Shown: positions 61,046 to 64,000 of the stretch, one piece after another
How positions within the stretch are numbered: position 1 is the first letter of the stretch
Layout of the letters: each line of letters opens with the position of its first letter
DNA from: Planctomycetota bacterium
Lineage (GTDB): Bacteria; Planctomycetota; B15-G4
Reading direction: 5' to 3'
Assembly: GCA_038212275.1 (NCBI GenBank)
Contig: JBBQUR010000008.1
Coordinates: 32,001-96,000, forward strand
Length of the DNA: 64,000 bases
Position numbers and translations under genes: made by a program
The notes under the pieces: generated by a model
What the model saw: only the letters and a program-made list of their open reading frames with translations
The model's database searches: none
What the model was told of the DNA's origin: nothing

Positions 61046-62458
61046 ATGGCCAGTGAGTCCCAGCATGGTGGCGGCTTCCCCCCTCGGCCGGGCCTCTCGC
61101 GGCGCGACTTCCTGCACGGCGGCATGCTCGCCGCGGCGGGCTTCACCCTCGGGCCGGGCGGCCTGCTGCAGCCGGTCGCTTCGCTGGCCAACGCCTCGGC
61201 CCGCGCTTCGGCCGGCGCGCTCCGGCGTCCCGCGACGCGCCCCTTCGCCGCGCTGCCGGCGCAGCATGCGGACGTGCTGCGCATCGGCCTCATCGGCTGC
61301 GGCGGGCGCGGCACCGGCGCGGCGCTGCAGTGCCTGCTCACCGAGCCCGGCACGGTGGTGCTCGTCGCGATGGCCGATGCCTTCCAGGACCGCATCGACT
61401 CCTCGCTCGACGCGCTGCGCGGCGAACTCGCAGAAACCGCCGACGCCAGGCTGCAGGTGCCGCCGGACAGGCAGTTCACCGGCTTCGACGCGGCGGCGAA
61501 ACTCATCGCCTCCGACGTGGACCTCGTGCTGCTCACCACGCCGCCGCACTTCCGGCCGGCGTATCTCGCGGCCGCGATCGCCGCGAACAAGCACGTCTTC
61601 TGCGAAAAGCCCATGGCGGTGGATGCGCCCGGCATCCGCTCCGTGCTCGAGACCGTCGCGCTGGCAAAGGCGAAGCAGCGCGCGCTCGTGGCCGGCTTCT
61701 GCTGGCGCTACAACCAGCGACACCGCGAGCTCTACGCCCGCGTGCAGGACGGCGCGATCGGCGACATCCGCGCCGTGTACAGCACCTACAACTCCTCGCC
61801 CATCGGCACGCACGCGCGGCAGCCCGGCTGGTCCGACATGGAGTGGCAGCTCCGCAACTGGCACACCTTCACGTGGCTCTCGGGCGATCACATCACCGAG
61901 CAGGCCTGCCACAGCCTCGACAAGCAGGCCTGGGCCTTCGGCGACGTGCCGCCGCTCTCGGTCGTCGCGGTGGGCGGCAACGCGGCGCGCGACTATCCCG
62001 AGCGCGGCGATGCCTTCGACCACTTCGGCGTCACCTTCGACTATCCGAACGAGGCCAAGGCCTTTCACATGTGCCGGCAGATTCCCAATTGCGCCAACGA
62101 GAACAACGATTGGATCTGGGGCACGAAGGGCGACGCGCGCATCGAGGGCTGGACACCCCTGCACGTGATCTCCGGCGCCAACGCCTGGGAGTACGAGGGC
62201 GAGGGCAACGACATGTACCAGACCGAGCACGATGAACTCGTCGCCTCGATCCGCGCCGGCACGCCGATCAACGACGGCGAGTGGATGGCCCGCAGCTCCA
62301 TGCTGGCGATCATGGCGCGCCTGGCCGCGACCACCGGCCAGCGCCTCACCTGGGAACAGGCGCTGGCCAGCACGGAGCGCCTCGGCCCCGTGACGTACGA
62401 GTTCGGGCCGCTGCCCGTCGGCCCGACGCCTGTTCCGGGACGTACGCCCTTCGTCTGA
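61046..62458 (+). CDS. Tat-exported Gfo/Idh/MocA oxidoreductase
   Basis: SRRDFL Tat motif, IGLIGCGGRGTGA, TPPHFRP, HVFCEKP and WLSGDHITEQACHSLD. Confidence 0.93.
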   Translation: MASESQHGGGFPPRPGLSRRDFLHGGMLAAAGFTLGPGGLLQPVASLANASARASAGALRRPATRPFAALPAQHADVLRIGLIGCGGRGTGAALQCLLTEPGTVVLVAMADAFQDRIDSSLDALRGELAETADARLQVPPDRQFTGFDAAAKLIASDVDLVLLTTPPHFRPAYLAAAIAANKHVFCEKPMAVDAPGIRSVLETVALAKAKQRALVAGFCWRYNQRHRELYARVQDGAIGDIRAVYSTYNSSPIGTHARQPGWSDMEWQLRNWHTFTWLSGDHITEQACHSLDKQAWAFGDVPPLSVVAVGGNAARDYPERGDAFDHFGVTFDYPNEAKAFHMCRQIPNCANENNDWIWGTKGDARIEGWTPLHVISGANAWEYEGEGNDMYQTEHDELVASIRAGTPINDGEWMARSSMLAIMARLAATTGQRLTWEQALASTERLGPVTYEFGPLPVGPTPVPGRTPFV

Positions 62459-62558
62459 CGCCGGAGCAGGTCCGCGCGCCCTTCGTCTGATGCCGGAGCC
62501 GGGCCTCGCGCCTTTCGTTTAACGCCGGATCCGGGCCTCGCGCCTTTCGCCTGAAGCC
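62445..62558 (+). repeat. 32-bp tandem repeat x3.5 across the oxidoreductase stop codon
   Basis: Units CGCC.TTCGT.T.A.GCCGGA.C.GG.C..CG start at 62445, 62477 and 62509, with a partial unit at 62541. Confidence 0.88.
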
Positions 62559-62682
62559 ATGCGGAGCTTGCGTGCACCTCGCGCCGGCCGCTGTGTGATG
62601 TAGAGGCAGTGCCTCAACATCACATGGCCGGCCACGCGTGCCTCTCGAAGCACTCCTCGCCACGCCTTCGCGGCGCAGTGTG

Positions 62683-63855
62683 TCAGCCGCACACGGCGAC
62701 GGGCCGGCCCGTCGCCAGGCTTTCGGCCTCGGCCTGCAGCTGGGCGGTGAGCGCGGCCGCGTCGGCCATGTCGGCGATGAGCGTCCGCGAACCGCGCGCG
62801 ATCGCTGCCAGCAGGTGCCGCACCTCCCAGTCGTAGCCGGTGCCGGGGGCGAGCATGACCGGCTCGTGCCGGCCCGCGCGCGCCAGCATGAGCGCCGGAT
62901 CGCGCGACAGATCCCAATCGGCGGTCGCATGCTCGAAGCACACCGTGTATCGCATGCGGAAAGGCTGACTGGCGTCGAAGCTCCACCCGCCCTCGGCCAC
63001 GACATGCGCGCCGGGCAGCAGAGCGGCTGACGCGGGCGACGCACCCGACGCGCCCGGTGCGCCCGGTGCGACCGGTGCGACCGGTGCGCCGAAGGCGGCG
63101 TCCTCGAATCGATAGAGCGTCGTGAGGTGATTCACGCTGCCGGTGCTGACGACCTCACTCGGCGGGCCGAAGCAGAAGCGCACGAAGTCTGCGTCGTGAA
63201 CGTGCAGGTCGAAGAGCGCGCCGCCGCTGCGCGCGACGTCACCGTAGAAGGGCGAGGCCGGCCCGGGGTGGCTGCCCACGCGCGTGAAGACGGCGCTGCG
63301 CACCGCGCCGTAGCGACGGCTGGCGATCGCACGCTGCAGCCAGCTCCACGCCGGCCAGAAGCGCATGCACATGGCCGGCATGCAGAGCGTGTCGGCTGCG
63401 CGGGCCAGCGCCGCGAGACGCGTGGCCTGCGCGGCCTCCAGCGCCACCGGCTTTTCCACGAGGACATGCTTGCCCGCGGCCAGCGCAGCCGCCGCGTGCT
63501 CGACGTGCGCCGGCGTCCACGAGCATACGGAGACCAGTTCGACCTCGCGGTCCCCGATCAGCTCCTCGGCGCTGGCGTAGGCTCGCACGAGTGCCGGATC
63601 GAAGGCGCGCGCCGGCGGAGCGTGCTCGTCACGCAACTCCAGATTCCCCTGCGCCCCGACCTGTCCCGCGCGCCGCAGCGGGTCCGGGTCCGCCACGGCG
63701 ACGAGCTGATTGGGCAGGCCCGCCGCGTGCGCCGCGCGATAGCTCGCGAGGTGCTGCCGCCCCATCACGCCCAGCCCGATGATCCCGACGCCGATGGGCC
63801 GATGCTGCGATGCGGCTCCGGCAGCGGCGCCGGCCACCGCGCGTGACGCCTTCAC
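62683..63855 (-). CDS. Gfo/Idh/MocA oxidoreductase (no signal peptide seen)
   Basis: GIIGLGVMG, AGKHVLVEKP, MRFWP and SGGALFDLHVHDAD. Confidence 0.92.
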   Translation of the reverse strand: MKASRAVAGAAAGAASQHRPIGVGIIGLGVMGRQHLASYRAAHAAGLPNQLVAVADPDPLRRAGQVGAQGNLELRDEHAPPARAFDPALVRAYASAEELIGDREVELVSVCSWTPAHVEHAAAALAAGKHVLVEKPVALEAAQATRLAALARAADTLCMPAMCMRFWPAWSWLQRAIASRRYGAVRSAVFTRVGSHPGPASPFYGDVARSGGALFDLHVHDADFVRFCFGPPSEVVSTGSVNHLTTLYRFEDAAFGAPVAPVAPGAPGASGASPASAALLPGAHVVAEGGWSFDASQPFRMRYTVCFEHATADWDLSRDPALMLARAGRHEPVMLAPGTGYDWEVRHLLAAIARGSRTLIADMADAAALTAQLQAEAESLATGRPVAVCG

Positions 63856-64000
63856 GAAGGAGCGGCCGTGCCGAGCAGCTTCCGCACGAGCGTCGCCGCC
63901 TTGCGGATGTCGCCGACGCGATCGACGCCGGCTTCGCGCTCGATCATCAGATCCGCAGCCGGCGCAACGCGCGCAAGCACCTCGAAGAACCGCGGCCAGT
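63852..64000 (-). CDS. 3' end of a sugar-phosphate isomerase/epimerase (xylose-isomerase-like TIM barrel)
   Basis: Translated by hand: WPRFFEVLARVAPAADLMIEREAGVDRVGDIRKAATLVRKLL...*. GTGA overlap with the downstream gene. Confidence 0.7.
   Translation of the reverse strand, partial: WPRFFEVLARVAPAADLMIEREAGVDRVGDIRKAATLVRKLLGTAAPS

Overview
Very GC-rich bacterial window. The gene content (ASPIC/UnbV FG-GAP protein, DUF1080/FGE/Gfo cluster, many secreted proteins, a coiled-coil+winged-helix DNA-binding family) suggests a Planctomycetota-like organism; this is inference only. Left to right: a minus-strand elongasome operon mreB-mreC(like)-mreD-mrdA-rodA followed by corA; a HEPN remnant; an RND pump pair; a histone-H1-like protein; fbp; an amino-acid ABC transporter; a GH42-like secreted protein; a PIG-L/SSS pair; several secreted or repeat proteins; an M2 (ACE-like) peptidase; and a serine hydrolase. 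Next comes a compositionally atypical block (about 46.5-52.8 kb) with an Mre11/Rad50-like pair divergent from an AbiEi/AbiEii toxin-antitoxin, plus MNT and a deleted HEPN. It is followed by mscS, tRNA-Gln(CTG), agmatinase and an ApbE-DUF1080/FGE/Gfo-Idh-MocA/TIM-barrel glycoside-catabolism cluster. Most notable: (1) three unrelated secreted proteins end in the same ~120-aa C-terminal domain, a candidate unnamed protein-sorting or anchoring system; (2) a protein with eukaryote-like linker-histone architecture; (3) a candidate co-regulated SbcCD-like + AbiE defence module with operator-like inverted repeats; (4) an ApbE flavin transferase fused to two DUF1080 domains. All family assignments come from recognising motifs by eye; no searches were run.
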